Source: Eubacteriales bacterium
GTDB taxonomy: Bacteria; Bacillota; Clostridia; Oscillospirales; CAG-272
DNA length: 64,000 nucleotides
Reading direction: 5' to 3'
NCBI GenBank assembly: GCA_045588085.1
Contig: JAZNDN010000081.1
Location: forward strand, 1,542-65,541
The first letter of the stretch is position 1; each line of letters starts with the position of its first letter. The notes under the pieces are model-generated. The model searched no databases. It was not told where the DNA came from and saw only the letters and a list, made by a program, of their open reading frames with translations. Positions 52,914 through 62,781 of the stretch are shown here, piece after piece. The position numbers were made by a program, and so were the translations under genes.

Positions 52914-55900
52914 ATGAAAGAAATTTACGAAAAGGTCTCAACCGGGTTGAATTTCGTTGACAGAGAAAAGCAAACCCGCGCCTTCTGGGAGAAGAGCAAA
53001 ATCTTCGAAAAAAGCGTTGAAATGCGCGAGGGCAAGCCGGATTTCACCTTCTACGAGGGACCCCCGACTGCAAACGGAAAGCCTCACATAGGCCACGTTC
53101 TTACCAGAGTTATAAAGGACGCTATCCCCAGATACCGCACCATGAAGGGCGTTCGCGTTCTTCGTAAGGCAGGCTGGGATACTCACGGTCTTCCCGTTGA
53201 GCTTGAGGTTGAAAAGAAGCTCGGAATCGACGGTAAGGACCAGATAGAAAGCTACGGTCTTGAGCCGTTTATATCCCACTGCAAAGAATCCGTGTGGAAT
53301 TATAAGAAAATGTGGGAGGATTTCTCGGGCACTGTCGGCTACTGGGTTGACAACGAGGACCCCTACGTTACCTACACCAACGATTTCATAGAATCTGAAT
53401 GGTGGGCTCTTAAAAAAATTTTTGACAAGGGTCTTCTCTATAAGGGCTTCAAAATAGTTCCTTACTGTCCCCGCTGCGGCACTCCCCTCTCATCTCACGA
53501 GGTTGCGCAGGGTTATAAAACCGTCAAGGAGCGCTCAGCCGTTGCAAGATTCAAATGCCGCGATGAAGACGCTTATTTCCTCGCCTGGACAACGACTCCC
53601 TGGACGCTGCCCTCAAACGTTGCCCTCTGCGTAAACCCCGATGACACCTACTGCAAGGTAAAGGCTGCCGACGGATATACCTACTACATGGCAAAAGCTC
53701 TTCTTGAAAACGTGCTTTCTCCTCTTGCAAAGGAAGGCGAGGCAGCATACGAGATACTTGAGGAAATGAAGGGCTCGGCGCTTGAAAGAAGAGAATATGA
53801 GCCTCTGTTCGAGTGCACCGGAGAATACGTAAAGAAAACCGGCAAAGCCGCTCATTATATCACCTGCGACGGATACGTTACCATGTCCGACGGTACCGGT
53901 ATCGTTCATATTGCACCCGCATTCGGTGAGGACGACAGCAAGGTGGGCAAAAAATACGACCTTCCCTTCGTTCAGTTCGTTGACGGAAAGGGTGAGATGA
54001 CAGCAGAGACGCCCTATGCAAAAATGTTCGTCAAGGATGCTGACAAATTCGTTCTTGAAGACCTTGACAAAGCAGGGAAACTCTTCTCCGCGCCCAAATT
54101 CGAGCACGACTATCCTCATTGCTGGAGATGTAACACCCCTCTCATTTACTACGCTCGTGACACCTGGTTCATTCAGATGACCGCTGTGCGCGAAAATCTT
54201 ATTCGCAACAACAATACTGTAAACTGGATGCCGGAAAGCATCGGTAAGGGCCGCTTCGGCGACTGGCTTGAGAACATTCAGGACTGGGGTCTTTCCAGAA
54301 ACAGATACTGGGGCACACCTCTTAATATTTGGGAATGCTCCTGCGGAAAGCGTCATGCAATAGGCTCGATAGAAGAGCTTAAGAGCATGTCTGCCAACTG
54401 CCCCGAGGATATAGAGCTTCACAGACCCTTCATTGACGCCGTAACCCTCGTCTGCCCCGAATGTAAGGGAGAGATGAAGCGCGTCAGCGAGGTTATCGAC
54501 TGCTGGTTTGACTCAGGCTCAATGCCTTTCGCGCAGTGGCACTACCCATTTGAAAATCGCGAAATGTTTGAGAAGCAGTTCCCTGCCGACTTCATTTCCG
54601 AGGGTGTTGACCAGACTCGCGGCTGGTTCTACTCGCTCATGGCAATATCCACTCTTATTTTCGACAAGGCTCCATACAAAAACGTACTCGTTCTCGGTCA
54701 CGTTCTTGATAAGGACGGACAGAAAATGTCCAAATCCAAGGGAAATGCCGTTGACCCATTCGATGCTCTTGAAGCATACGGAGCCGACGCTATCCGTTGG
54801 TATTTCTACTCCAACTCGGCACCCTGGCTTCCCAACCGCTTCTCAGGTGATGCGGTGGTAGAGGGACAGAGAAAGTTCATGGGTACGCTTTGGAATACCT
54901 ATGCGTTCTACGTTCTTTACGCAAATATAGACGGCTTCAATCCCAACGAGCATTCGCTTGATATGTCTTCTGCTTCGCTTATGGATAAGTGGATACTTTC
55001 CAAGCTGAATACGGTGATTGCCGCAACCGACAAATACCTCGGAGAATACAAGCTCACAGAAACAACAAGAGTTCTTGAGAGCTTCATTGACGAGCTTTCC
55101 AACTGGTATGTTCGCCGTTGCCGCGAAAGATTCTGGGTAAAGGATATGCCAACCGACAAGGTGAACGCTTATATGACTCTTTACACCTGTCTTGTCAATA
55201 TAGCGAAAATATCCGCGCCGCTCGTTCCCTTCATGACCGAGGATATATACAGAAATCTCGTTTGCTCAGTTGATAAGAGCGCGCCCGAGTCGGTTCATCT
55301 TTGCGATTTCCCCAAAGCAGACGAGGCTATGATAGACAAGAACCTTGAGGAAGCTATGGAGGAGGTCGTTGACATCGTCGTTCTCGGAAGAGCCTGCAGA
55401 AATGCTGCGGCTATAAAGAACAGACAGCCTGTTGCAAAAATGTACGTCAAGGCGGACAAAAAGATATCCGACGGCTTCATTTCCATAATTGCCGAGGAGC
55501 TTAACCTTAAGTCCGTTGAATTTACCGACGACGTTAAGGCGTTCACTACCTACACCTTCAAGCCTCAGCTCAGAACCGTAGGTCCTAAGTACGGAAAATA
55601 CCTCGGCGGTATCCGCACTGCCCTCACCGAACTCGACGGCAACGCTGCAATGGATGAGCTTGAAGCAAACGGAATGCTTAAGCTTTCAGTCGGTGATGCC
55701 GTATGCGAGCTTACCAAGGAAGACCTCCTTATTGAGATGACCAAAAAGGAAGGCTTTGAGTCGCTTTCCGACCGTGGTATTACCGTGGTTATCGACAAGA
55801 ACCTGACTCCCGAGCTCATCGAGGAGGGTAACGTTAGAGAGATAATCTCCAAGGTTCAGACGATGCGCAAGGATTCAGGATTTGAGGTTATGGACAATAT

Positions 55901-56072
55901 CCGCCTTGCATTCTCCGGCAATGCTTCCGTTGCCGCTATCGCAAACCGCAACGCTGATGAAATCAAGGAAGATACCCTTGCGGTTGAAATTCTCACAGAT
56001 TCCGTTCTCTCAAACTCTAAGGAATGGAATATCAACGGAGAAAACGTAACTATCTCGGTTGAGAAAATATAG
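52914..56072 (+). CDS. ileS: Isoleucine--tRNA ligase (long, type 2 form)
   Basis: 1052 aa. The HIGH motif reads PHIGHV and the KMSKS motif reads KMSKSKGN. Confidence 0.95.
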   Translation: MKEIYEKVSTGLNFVDREKQTRAFWEKSKIFEKSVEMREGKPDFTFYEGPPTANGKPHIGHVLTRVIKDAIPRYRTMKGVRVLRKAGWDTHGLPVELEVEKKLGIDGKDQIESYGLEPFISHCKESVWNYKKMWEDFSGTVGYWVDNEDPYVTYTNDFIESEWWALKKIFDKGLLYKGFKIVPYCPRCGTPLSSHEVAQGYKTVKERSAVARFKCRDEDAYFLAWTTTPWTLPSNVALCVNPDDTYCKVKAADGYTYYMAKALLENVLSPLAKEGEAAYEILEEMKGSALERREYEPLFECTGEYVKKTGKAAHYITCDGYVTMSDGTGIVHIAPAFGEDDSKVGKKYDLPFVQFVDGKGEMTAETPYAKMFVKDADKFVLEDLDKAGKLFSAPKFEHDYPHCWRCNTPLIYYARDTWFIQMTAVRENLIRNNNTVNWMPESIGKGRFGDWLENIQDWGLSRNRYWGTPLNIWECSCGKRHAIGSIEELKSMSANCPEDIELHRPFIDAVTLVCPECKGEMKRVSEVIDCWFDSGSMPFAQWHYPFENREMFEKQFPADFISEGVDQTRGWFYSLMAISTLIFDKAPYKNVLVLGHVLDKDGQKMSKSKGNAVDPFDALEAYGADAIRWYFYSNSAPWLPNRFSGDAVVEGQRKFMGTLWNTYAFYVLYANIDGFNPNEHSLDMSSASLMDKWILSKLNTVIAATDKYLGEYKLTETTRVLESFIDELSNWYVRRCRERFWVKDMPTDKVNAYMTLYTCLVNIAKISAPLVPFMTEDIYRNLVCSVDKSAPESVHLCDFPKADEAMIDKNLEEAMEEVVDIVVLGRACRNAAAIKNRQPVAKMYVKADKKISDGFISIIAEELNLKSVEFTDDVKAFTTYTFKPQLRTVGPKYGKYLGGIRTALTELDGNAAMDELEANGMLKLSVGDAVCELTKEDLLIEMTKKEGFESLSDRGITVVIDKNLTPELIEEGNVREIISKVQTMRKDSGFEVMDNIRLAFSGNASVAAIANRNADEIKEDTLAVEILTDSVLSNSKEWNINGENVTISVEKI

Positions 56073-56118
56073 GCAAGAGAATAGAACCGATAATCTTCGC
56101 GACGATAAAGCATAGCAA

Positions 56119-56155
56119 AAGGTGCTGCCGAAATTCAGGCAGCACCTTGTTTTAT
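56119..56155. terminator. Bidirectional terminator between ileS (+) and the 753-aa gene (-)
   Basis: The stem is AAGGTGCTGCC / GGCAGCACCTT, followed by GTTTTATT. Confidence 0.75.
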
Positions 56156-56172
56156 TGTAAAACCGTCGGACG

Positions 56173-58434
56173 TTAGTCCTCGGTGGGCGTATACGCCTTG
56201 ACTACCGCATACGCATAAGCGTAGAATGATTTTTTCAAATCATCAGCGTACGACTTCGGTGCTTCCCACAGGACGCCCTCGGGAACTCCGTTCGTAAGAG
56301 CTTCTTCATACGCTTCGGTATTCTGCGTCAAGGAGTCGAGGTCTATTCTGTCATTGAGCGCCAGATAAAATCCGTCGTTCCAGCTATCGTCTTCAACGTT
56401 GAGCTCGTAATACCTCTTAACATAGTTAAGCATATCGTTTATCATAGTGCGCTCAGCATCCGAGCAAGACGACTCGTCGGCAAGAAGCTTATCGCAATAC
56501 GTAAGCATATCAATAGACCATTTTCCGTCGCCTTCAATACGCGCGCCATCGCCGGCATCCCACCAGAACGACAGGGGGAACTGCGCCTCTATGGGCTCGG
56601 AAAGCTCATCGGCACTGATTCCGGTTTTTGTGAATTTATAGTATTTCACGCTTTGACCGTCTATTTCCAGTTCAACCTCAACACCTGCACCGGATGGGAG
56701 TACTTCTCCTCCCAGATAGCAGTTTATCGGGTCTACGTAGGTATCAAATATACGCTTCTCTACGTATACGTTAAGAGCAAAATCGTGATACAAATCATAG
56801 CTTACAAGAATTTTGAAATCGGCTATGGGCTTCATTTCCACTCTGTAACTTCCGTCATTCTGAAGGATATATTTCCACTCGTATCTGAATACACCGTCGA
56901 TGTCCTTTTCGCTGAGCGTAACACTTGAGGGAGGCACAATCTTCTCTCCCTTTTTCCAATCATAAGAGAAAGCAGTTCCCGAGTCGGTTACGAACTTATA
57001 GTTGACAATCTGGTCAGCATCTACGAATGCATATCCCTCGAACAATGGGTTGGGTGTTGCGAGTATTGGCTCGGTTTTATGCTCCGCAACGGATGCATAG
57101 CCGTATTCACCGTCGGAATAACCGGGGGTATAGTAAATCGGGTTACCTTCGACCTCGTATCCGCGTGCGACTCTTGCAAGACGCTTTCCCTCCTCATAGA
57201 ATCCGCTGTATACGGTCTTGGGCTCTCCGCCGGAATAATGATTATATCCTTCCTTATATGCATTGTAGGAATTCTGGAATTCCTCGGTCAGAGCATCCTG
57301 GCGGAACACGTTTTCGCCCTCAAAGCTAAGTGTACCTATTTCTCCTGCCTCGTAATTGTCGGGATAGCGTGAAACGACAGGGATGTTATACACAGAAACG
57401 CAATCCCTCATTATGATGTTTCCTGTATAACGGTAATATTCCTTACCGTTTACACCGCCGCCGTCATTATGTACCATATCGTATTTATGTGCAGACGTGT
57501 AATTGAGGTCGTAAAGCAGGCAGTTCTCAAAAATCGTCGTTGATTCAACGCCTCTTATCATCATAGCGCTGCTTCTGGAATTACATACTACGTTTGCGTT
57601 CTTCATATGAAGAGTGGCTTTCGAGCCTTCTCTGTGAGCAATAATACCGACCTGGCTTCCCGTGCTGTAACGGTAGTAGGTTCCTCCGTCAACCGTTACG
57701 CGTGCGTTGCTTTGTGCGTTAAAGTTTATAAATCCTGCGGCAGACGTTGAGAAATTAGAGCCTTCGGCAACAGTTCCGTCCGGCTTTTCATACCTTCCGA
57801 TATTTACAACCGCGTTTCCGCCGGCCGAGAACGCAAATCCAGCAGTGTAGTAACTGCCGGCGCTATTCTTCTCGGTCGAGCTTGCGAATATATATCCGCG
57901 AGGCTTCGAGGAATAGAAATTCACTACCGAATTTTTTCCGATGACTATAACGGTATTGTTAAGTCTTTCGGAGGCGGACGTATAGTTATCGTCGTAGAGT
58001 ATAATGCCGTGACCGTTAAAGTCGAAATTCAGAGTTTTCTCCTCATCTGCATATATTTCGAGCACTGCCCATCTGTAAGGCTCGTCATCGGGACGAACGG
58101 TGGTATCCTCTACTATGTTTCCTTCCTTGTCTCTGCCGAGTATGTATACGTCGTCGAGAAGGATTATAGTGTCCCCATCGTAGTAATTCTCAGCCGCCTC
58201 TTCAAGCCCAAGCTCGTCTGTGCCTGAGGACCTGCGCTTTCCGTTTGCTGCGATGACCTCATAGACAGCGCCATCAACGAGCTCTGCATCCTCTTCGGGA
58301 AGGTCGTCTCTCACTTCTTCCTCGGGCACGTTTCCTGCAAAGACAAAGAGCGCAAGGCAAGCTGAAATCACGGCTATCGCCAGTATTGCAAACAATATCT
58401 TGGTAATTTTCTTCACGGTCTTTTCGCCTTTCAT
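56173..58434 (-). CDS. Secreted or N-terminally anchored large protein, unknown function (possible parallel beta-helix core)
   Basis: 753 aa. The signal/anchor is KKITKILFAILAIAVISACLALFVFA. The central region has short repeating strands (VVNFYSS, AVVNIGR, ARVTVDGG, MKNANVVCNS, IFENCLLYD, IIMRDCVSVYN). Confidence 0.5.
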   Translation of the reverse strand: MKGEKTVKKITKILFAILAIAVISACLALFVFAGNVPEEEVRDDLPEEDAELVDGAVYEVIAANGKRRSSGTDELGLEEAAENYYDGDTIILLDDVYILGRDKEGNIVEDTTVRPDDEPYRWAVLEIYADEEKTLNFDFNGHGIILYDDNYTSASERLNNTVIVIGKNSVVNFYSSKPRGYIFASSTEKNSAGSYYTAGFAFSAGGNAVVNIGRYEKPDGTVAEGSNFSTSAAGFINFNAQSNARVTVDGGTYYRYSTGSQVGIIAHREGSKATLHMKNANVVCNSRSSAMMIRGVESTTIFENCLLYDLNYTSAHKYDMVHNDGGGVNGKEYYRYTGNIIMRDCVSVYNIPVVSRYPDNYEAGEIGTLSFEGENVFRQDALTEEFQNSYNAYKEGYNHYSGGEPKTVYSGFYEEGKRLARVARGYEVEGNPIYYTPGYSDGEYGYASVAEHKTEPILATPNPLFEGYAFVDADQIVNYKFVTDSGTAFSYDWKKGEKIVPPSSVTLSEKDIDGVFRYEWKYILQNDGSYRVEMKPIADFKILVSYDLYHDFALNVYVEKRIFDTYVDPINCYLGGEVLPSGAGVEVELEIDGQSVKYYKFTKTGISADELSEPIEAQFPLSFWWDAGDGARIEGDGKWSIDMLTYCDKLLADESSCSDAERTMINDMLNYVKRYYELNVEDDSWNDGFYLALNDRIDLDSLTQNTEAYEEALTNGVPEGVLWEAPKSYADDLKKSFYAYAYAVVKAYTPTED

Positions 58435-58703
58435 ACAAACTCTGTGCGCCGTCGACGCACAGAATATAAAATATTACAGTTTAGTGTAACCTAAATCTAT
58501 ACTGTTTGTCAACAAAAACGGTTCACGTAAAGACAAAAACAGCAAATAATACGAAATCAAGCTCCGTGCTATGTGCACTTTCAACAAATATTTCAGACTG
58601 TGCTTTTTTCTTCACAACGCGAAAATTCTCACTCAAAAAAAGAACGCAGACACCGACAACGCGGCACGTCTACGCTCTTTTTGTATTTTTATCCTGTACG
58701 GGC

Positions 58704-59264
58704 TCAGACAAACAAGGGTCTTATCTGAACGCCTCGGCACATTGCCTCGTAAGCAGGTATAAGCCCGTCAAAATCCGCCACCAGAGAATGAGGCTTTTTC
58801 GAAGGGTCATCCTGCCTCATGGGCACAAAATAAACAGATTTTCTCGAAAGAAGAGCACCTATGTTCCCCAAATTCTGAGACATAGCATCATTTGATGCCA
58901 GAGCTATCAGAAGGGGTCTGTCGCATCTCAGATGTGCCTTCATTGCCATGGTCACAGCGCTGTCGGTAATTCCGCCGGCAAGCTTAGCCAGGCTGTTTCC
59001 TGTGCACGGTGCTACAATCAGCGAGCTTAAAACCAGCTTCGGCCCTAGTGGCTCTGCCGCTTCCACGGTGTGTATTATATCCCTGCCGCAAAGCGTTCTT
59101 ATGCGGCGTCTGAGATTTTCCGCAGAGAAAAATCTGGTATCGGTTTCATAAACGCGCTCGCTCATAATCGGAACTATCTCATGCCCCGAATTAACCATTT
59201 TCTCCATCACGCCAAGTGATGCTTCAATAGTGCAGAACGAGCCGCAAAGCGCATATCCTATCAT
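58704..59264 (-). CDS. dpaB: Dipicolinate synthase subunit B (flavoprotein family)
   Basis: I prefer the start at ATG 59264 (MIGYALCGSFCT, with AAAGGA upstream). The ORF track starts at 59282. The flavoprotein-type pattern reads PIMS...DTRF. Confidence 0.8.
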   Translation of the reverse strand: MIGYALCGSFCTIEASLGVMEKMVNSGHEIVPIMSERVYETDTRFFSAENLRRRIRTLCGRDIIHTVEAAEPLGPKLVLSSLIVAPCTGNSLAKLAGGITDSAVTMAMKAHLRCDRPLLIALASNDAMSQNLGNIGALLSRKSVYFVPMRQDDPSKKPHSLVADFDGLIPAYEAMCRGVQIRPLFV

Positions 59265-59373
59265 TTCGTCATCCTTTCTCATACTGTCATGCGCGCAGGT
59301 CGAAGTCAGCCCGACCCGGTTTGGTTCAAATAGTATGCTGAAAAATCCTGTTTTTCGACAACTAATGTTTACT

Positions 59374-60168
59374 TTACAAGGCTTTTTCTTTGATTTTTCT
59401 TACCGCGAACTCTCCGTACGCTATTCCCGCACTCCTTGGAAAAAGCTCAGCGGGAACCGAAGCATACCGCACGTAAGGAATTCCGTCGGGGATATTCCCC
59501 CCTGATGCCAGCTCAATAACGCTGACTCGGGAAAGCGCCTCGGCATCAGATGAATTGAGCTTTGCCGCAGGAGCGGTATTCACAAGTATATCAAGGCTTT
59601 CAAAGGGATTTGGTATCAGCCCCTGCCTTGCCAGCGAAAGCTCCGCGTCGGTTACTGCGCGAATGCCGAGCCTGCCCAGCTCAATCCGCAACCGAGCCCG
59701 AGAGGTAAAAACGGTTACCTCTGAGCCTAAGAACGTGAAAATTTCAGCAAGCCGCTTTCCTATTCTGCCGAAACCGATGATTCCTATTCTGATATCCTCG
59801 GGAGCGATTCCCGTGCAGCATAAAATTTTCGCCATAGCACCTGTCGCCGTTTGCAAAGCACCCTGCATGAGATATTCCTCATCTTCTGCCGCATCAATAC
59901 ATACAGCACCGCGCTCAAGGACAGCATCGGCAAAGAATTTCGGAAGACCGTATCCTATAATCAAATCGCCCTGCGAAGCATCCGATGCAAGCTCGCACAG
60001 CTTTTTTTGTGTACCGGTCAGGTGTTCTCCGTCACGCGTCGAGGGAATCGGTAAGATGAAGACGTTGTTTAAGCCCTCTGCCAAATGCTTTTCGAGGTAC
60101 TCGCGGCAGACATTGACACGCGCATCGTTGCCGTAAGTATATATATTCGTATTCATTATCTGCTCCAA
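59374..60168 (-). CDS. dpaA: Dipicolinate synthase subunit A
   Basis: 264 aa. The NAD-binding motif reads IGIIGFGRIGKRLAEIF. The ORF begins at a TTG, and the ATG at 60156, preceded by GGAG, is an alternative start. Confidence 0.8.
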   Translation of the reverse strand: MEQIMNTNIYTYGNDARVNVCREYLEKHLAEGLNNVFILPIPSTRDGEHLTGTQKKLCELASDASQGDLIIGYGLPKFFADAVLERGAVCIDAAEDEEYLMQGALQTATGAMAKILCCTGIAPEDIRIGIIGFGRIGKRLAEIFTFLGSEVTVFTSRARLRIELGRLGIRAVTDAELSLARQGLIPNPFESLDILVNTAPAAKLNSSDAEALSRVSVIELASGGNIPDGIPYVRYASVPAELFPRSAGIAYGEFAVRKIKEKAL

Positions 60169-60408
60169 TCGGCAGACGCGAAATCTGCCGAGAGAGGCTG
60201 CGCGTTTTATTTTATCACCTTTTCGGATTTCGCACGAAAAAAGCTCCGGGTAGCAAAGAGCCTCACGCTCTCCGTTTTTTATAAATCAGCGGAAGCAGCC
60301 ACTCTGCCCCGATATGCAATAACCCTCATTTGACGCGCGCATTTCCTCTCATAGTCAATATATGCACATACGGACACTTGCGCCCCCGAAACAGAAAATA
60401 AAGTTGCA

Positions 60409-60705
60409 TTAATCGACCGATTCCGACTCTGCCTCGCCGTCGCTATAAGAGCATTCGTATTCCACGGGGTCGCATTTTGATTTTCTTTTACCGATTTTTT
60501 TAAAGCAATTCATCATAGCTCCCATTTTACAGCAGCAGGCATCCTTCACCCCTGCGACCATTTTGTATGCTCCGTAAACTGCAAGCATACCGATAGCAAC
60601 GGCAAAACCTCTGTGCTTCTTTTTCTTATCACTGCGCATAAACATAATTTCATATTTTCCTTTTGTTTTATCATTCTTGAGGCCGGAGCCGAGCATCTTA
60701 TTCAT
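60409..60705 (-). CDS. Small basic single-TM protein with a Cys cluster, unknown function
   Basis: 98 aa or shorter, since internal Met codons are possible starts. It has the TM segment GFAVAIGMLAVYGAYKMVAG, then DACCCKMGAMMNCF and an acidic tail. Confidence 0.4.
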   Translation of the reverse strand: MNKMLGSGLKNDKTKGKYEIMFMRSDKKKKHRGFAVAIGMLAVYGAYKMVAGVKDACCCKMGAMMNCFKKIGKRKSKCDPVEYECSYSDGEAESESVD

Positions 60706-60859
60706 GCGGTACTTATACTATGAAATACCCGGGAGTTTCTGCCTGCGTGCCGCGTAAATTTCATAAGATAGCTTGATTTAACTTTGCCTCTGCATTAGCA
60801 TTGCCCCAAAACGCTTTTTTCTATTAAAAATCTCCGTTTAAAATAGCGAATGATGATAT

Positions 60860-60876
60860 TTGTACCATAGGTACAA
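60860..60876. promoter_or_regulatory. Perfect 7-3-7 inverted repeat (candidate operator)
   Basis: TTGTACC-ATA-GGTACAA lies 31 nt upstream of the -35 box of the lipid-kinase promoter. Confidence 0.3.
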
Positions 60877-60906
60877 CGTCAGATTGCGTGCAAAATTTGC
60901 AGAGGG

Positions 60907-60935
60907 TTGACATTTCGATACTTTTGGTGTAGAAT
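60907..60935 (+). promoter_or_regulatory. Sigma-A promoter for the lipid kinase gene
   Basis: TTGACA (60907..60912), 17 nt, then TAGAAT (60930..60935). Confidence 0.55.
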
Positions 60936-61030
60936 AATGTAAGTTCGTTTGGATTGGCAAAATACGATTCGCGGGCTTAATCAGAATAAGGCAGAAGCAT
61001 TTGCTCTGTGTAATTTCGGAGGATATCATT

Positions 61031-61906
61031 TTGAAGTACTACGTTCTTTACAACCCACTTGCAGCAAACGGCCAGTGCGAGGAAAAGCTTGCACCGCTCA
61101 AAGAGCTTTTCAGCAAGGATGACGCCGTTTATTGCAATATGACCGAAATATCCGACCTTAAGGAATTTCTCGCGTCGCTTACCGAAGATGACACGCTGGT
61201 TATATGCGGAGGTGACGGAACCCTCAATGCATTCATAAATAAGGCTGACGAAAGCTTTGTCAAGGGAGATATTCTCTACTTTGCCTCGGGAAGCGGAAAC
61301 GACTTCTTCCACGACATTAAGGAAGCCGAACCCGGAAAGCCGTTACAGATAAGAAAATATCTCAAGGACCTCCCTTACGTTACCGTTAACGGAAAAACCT
61401 ACCGCTTCATAAACGGCGTAGGCTACGGAATTGACGGATACTGCTGCGAGGTGGGCGACAAGCTGCGCGAGCAGAATCCGGGCAAGAAGATAAATTATGC
61501 CGGCATTGCCATAAAGGGACTTCTTTTCCACTATCACAGAACCAACGCTACCGTTATCGTTGACGGAAAAGAGTACAATTACAAAAAGGTATGGCTTGCT
61601 CCTACTATGAACGGAAGATACTACGGTGGAGGCATGAATATGGCTCCTAACCAGGACAGACTCAACGAAGAAAGAAAGCTCTCGATTGTCGTTCTTCACG
61701 ATTCCGGCAAGCTCGGTACTCTTATGGTGTTCCCCAAAATCTTCGAGGGCGCTCATACCGACCGCAAGAAAATAGTATCAATTCACGAGGGTCACGATAT
61801 CACCGTTAAATTTGACAAGCCCACGGCACTCCAGATAGACGGAGAAACGTTACTCGGTGTTACCGAATACAGAGCTTATTCCGCATCGCTCGGCAAGGCT
61901 GAATGA
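61031..61906 (+). CDS. Diacylglycerol kinase-family lipid kinase (YegS/DagK-like)
   Basis: I prefer the TTG start at 61031 (MKYYVLYNPLAANG), which has GGAGG 8 nt upstream. The catalytic motif reads VICGGDGTLNAF. Confidence 0.75.
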   Translation: MKYYVLYNPLAANGQCEEKLAPLKELFSKDDAVYCNMTEISDLKEFLASLTEDDTLVICGGDGTLNAFINKADESFVKGDILYFASGSGNDFFHDIKEAEPGKPLQIRKYLKDLPYVTVNGKTYRFINGVGYGIDGYCCEVGDKLREQNPGKKINYAGIAIKGLLFHYHRTNATVIVDGKEYNYKKVWLAPTMNGRYYGGGMNMAPNQDRLNEERKLSIVVLHDSGKLGTLMVFPKIFEGAHTDRKKIVSIHEGHDITVKFDKPTALQIDGETLLGVTEYRAYSASLGKAE

Positions 61907-61941
61907 TATTTGGTGGGCGTGCGCAATACCTTCTTACACAC

Positions 61942-61982
61942 AAAAAGCAGAGGCATCGGAAAACGGTGCTTCTGCTTTTTTG
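61942..61982 (+). terminator. Intrinsic terminator after the lipid kinase gene
   Basis: The stem is GCAGAGGCA / TGCTTCTGC (with one G-U pair), followed by TTTTTTT. Confidence 0.65.
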
Positions 61983-62071
61983 GCTTCACCGCTCGGTAAC
62001 CTATTTTTATCTGCCGAATAAAATGTTAGAGCCGAACACAAGTAAAATCAGTAAACGATAAGGAGCGAATT

Positions 62072-62680
62072 ATGAAGCTTAAGAATTTTTTATTCGGTAA
62101 CGGACGCTACCGCGAAGCTCAGCCTACGATGAACCCCGGAAGCCGTGGCAATACCCAAGGCGGTACCTGTAACATGCCTCCGCGTAACGAACCGGGCTCG
62201 AGAGCCCCGCAAGACACCCCGATGCAGCAAAGAGAACAAATTTGCAATCCGTACGGAAGGCTTTTGCCCGATGCGGAAAAATACTCAAAAAAAATATACG
62301 ACAGGGGTAACGACCCATACGTATTCAGTATACCCGAAGCAGTCCGCTCGACAGACGATTACCGAAGGGCGCTGTGGTCGGGAGAGCATTTACAGATGCT
62401 TTCAATGGTTATACCTCAGGGAGAGGAAATCGGCATAGAAGCTCACGAGGGCGCAGACCAGCTCACAATTGTATGGGAGGGCTTCGGAGATGCCGTCATA
62501 GGCACCTCACCCAACAGAATGAGCCATACCGAAAGACTCCGTGCCGGCTCGGCGGTTATTATCCCCGCAGGTTACTATCATAACATACGAAACACCTCAA
62601 AATCACCGATGAGGCTAATCACTGTTTACGCGCCAATGCAGGAGCCGTACGGCACCGTGCAAAAAAACAAGCCGGATTAA
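62072..62680 (+). CDS. Cupin-domain protein with a disordered P/G/Q/N-rich N-terminus
   Basis: 202 aa. The cupin strands read GIEAHEGADQLTIVWEG and AGSAVIIPAGYYHNIRN. Confidence 0.6.
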   Translation: MKLKNFLFGNGRYREAQPTMNPGSRGNTQGGTCNMPPRNEPGSRAPQDTPMQQREQICNPYGRLLPDAEKYSKKIYDRGNDPYVFSIPEAVRSTDDYRRALWSGEHLQMLSMVIPQGEEIGIEAHEGADQLTIVWEGFGDAVIGTSPNRMSHTERLRAGSAVIIPAGYYHNIRNTSKSPMRLITVYAPMQEPYGTVQKNKPD

Positions 62681-62706
62681 AAATCGGCAGCGACCGGTAG
62701 TGGCAA

Positions 62707-62745
62707 GAAAAAAGGTAGGAGCATTGACAGCACTCCTACCTTTTC
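62707..62745. terminator. Bidirectional terminator between the cupin gene (+) and the HD gene (-)
   Basis: The stem is GGTAGGAG / CTCCTACC, flanked by AAAAAAA and TTTT. Confidence 0.65.
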
Positions 62746-62781
62746 CGTATATAAACGAGCTTGAGAAATTATATGCTTTTC

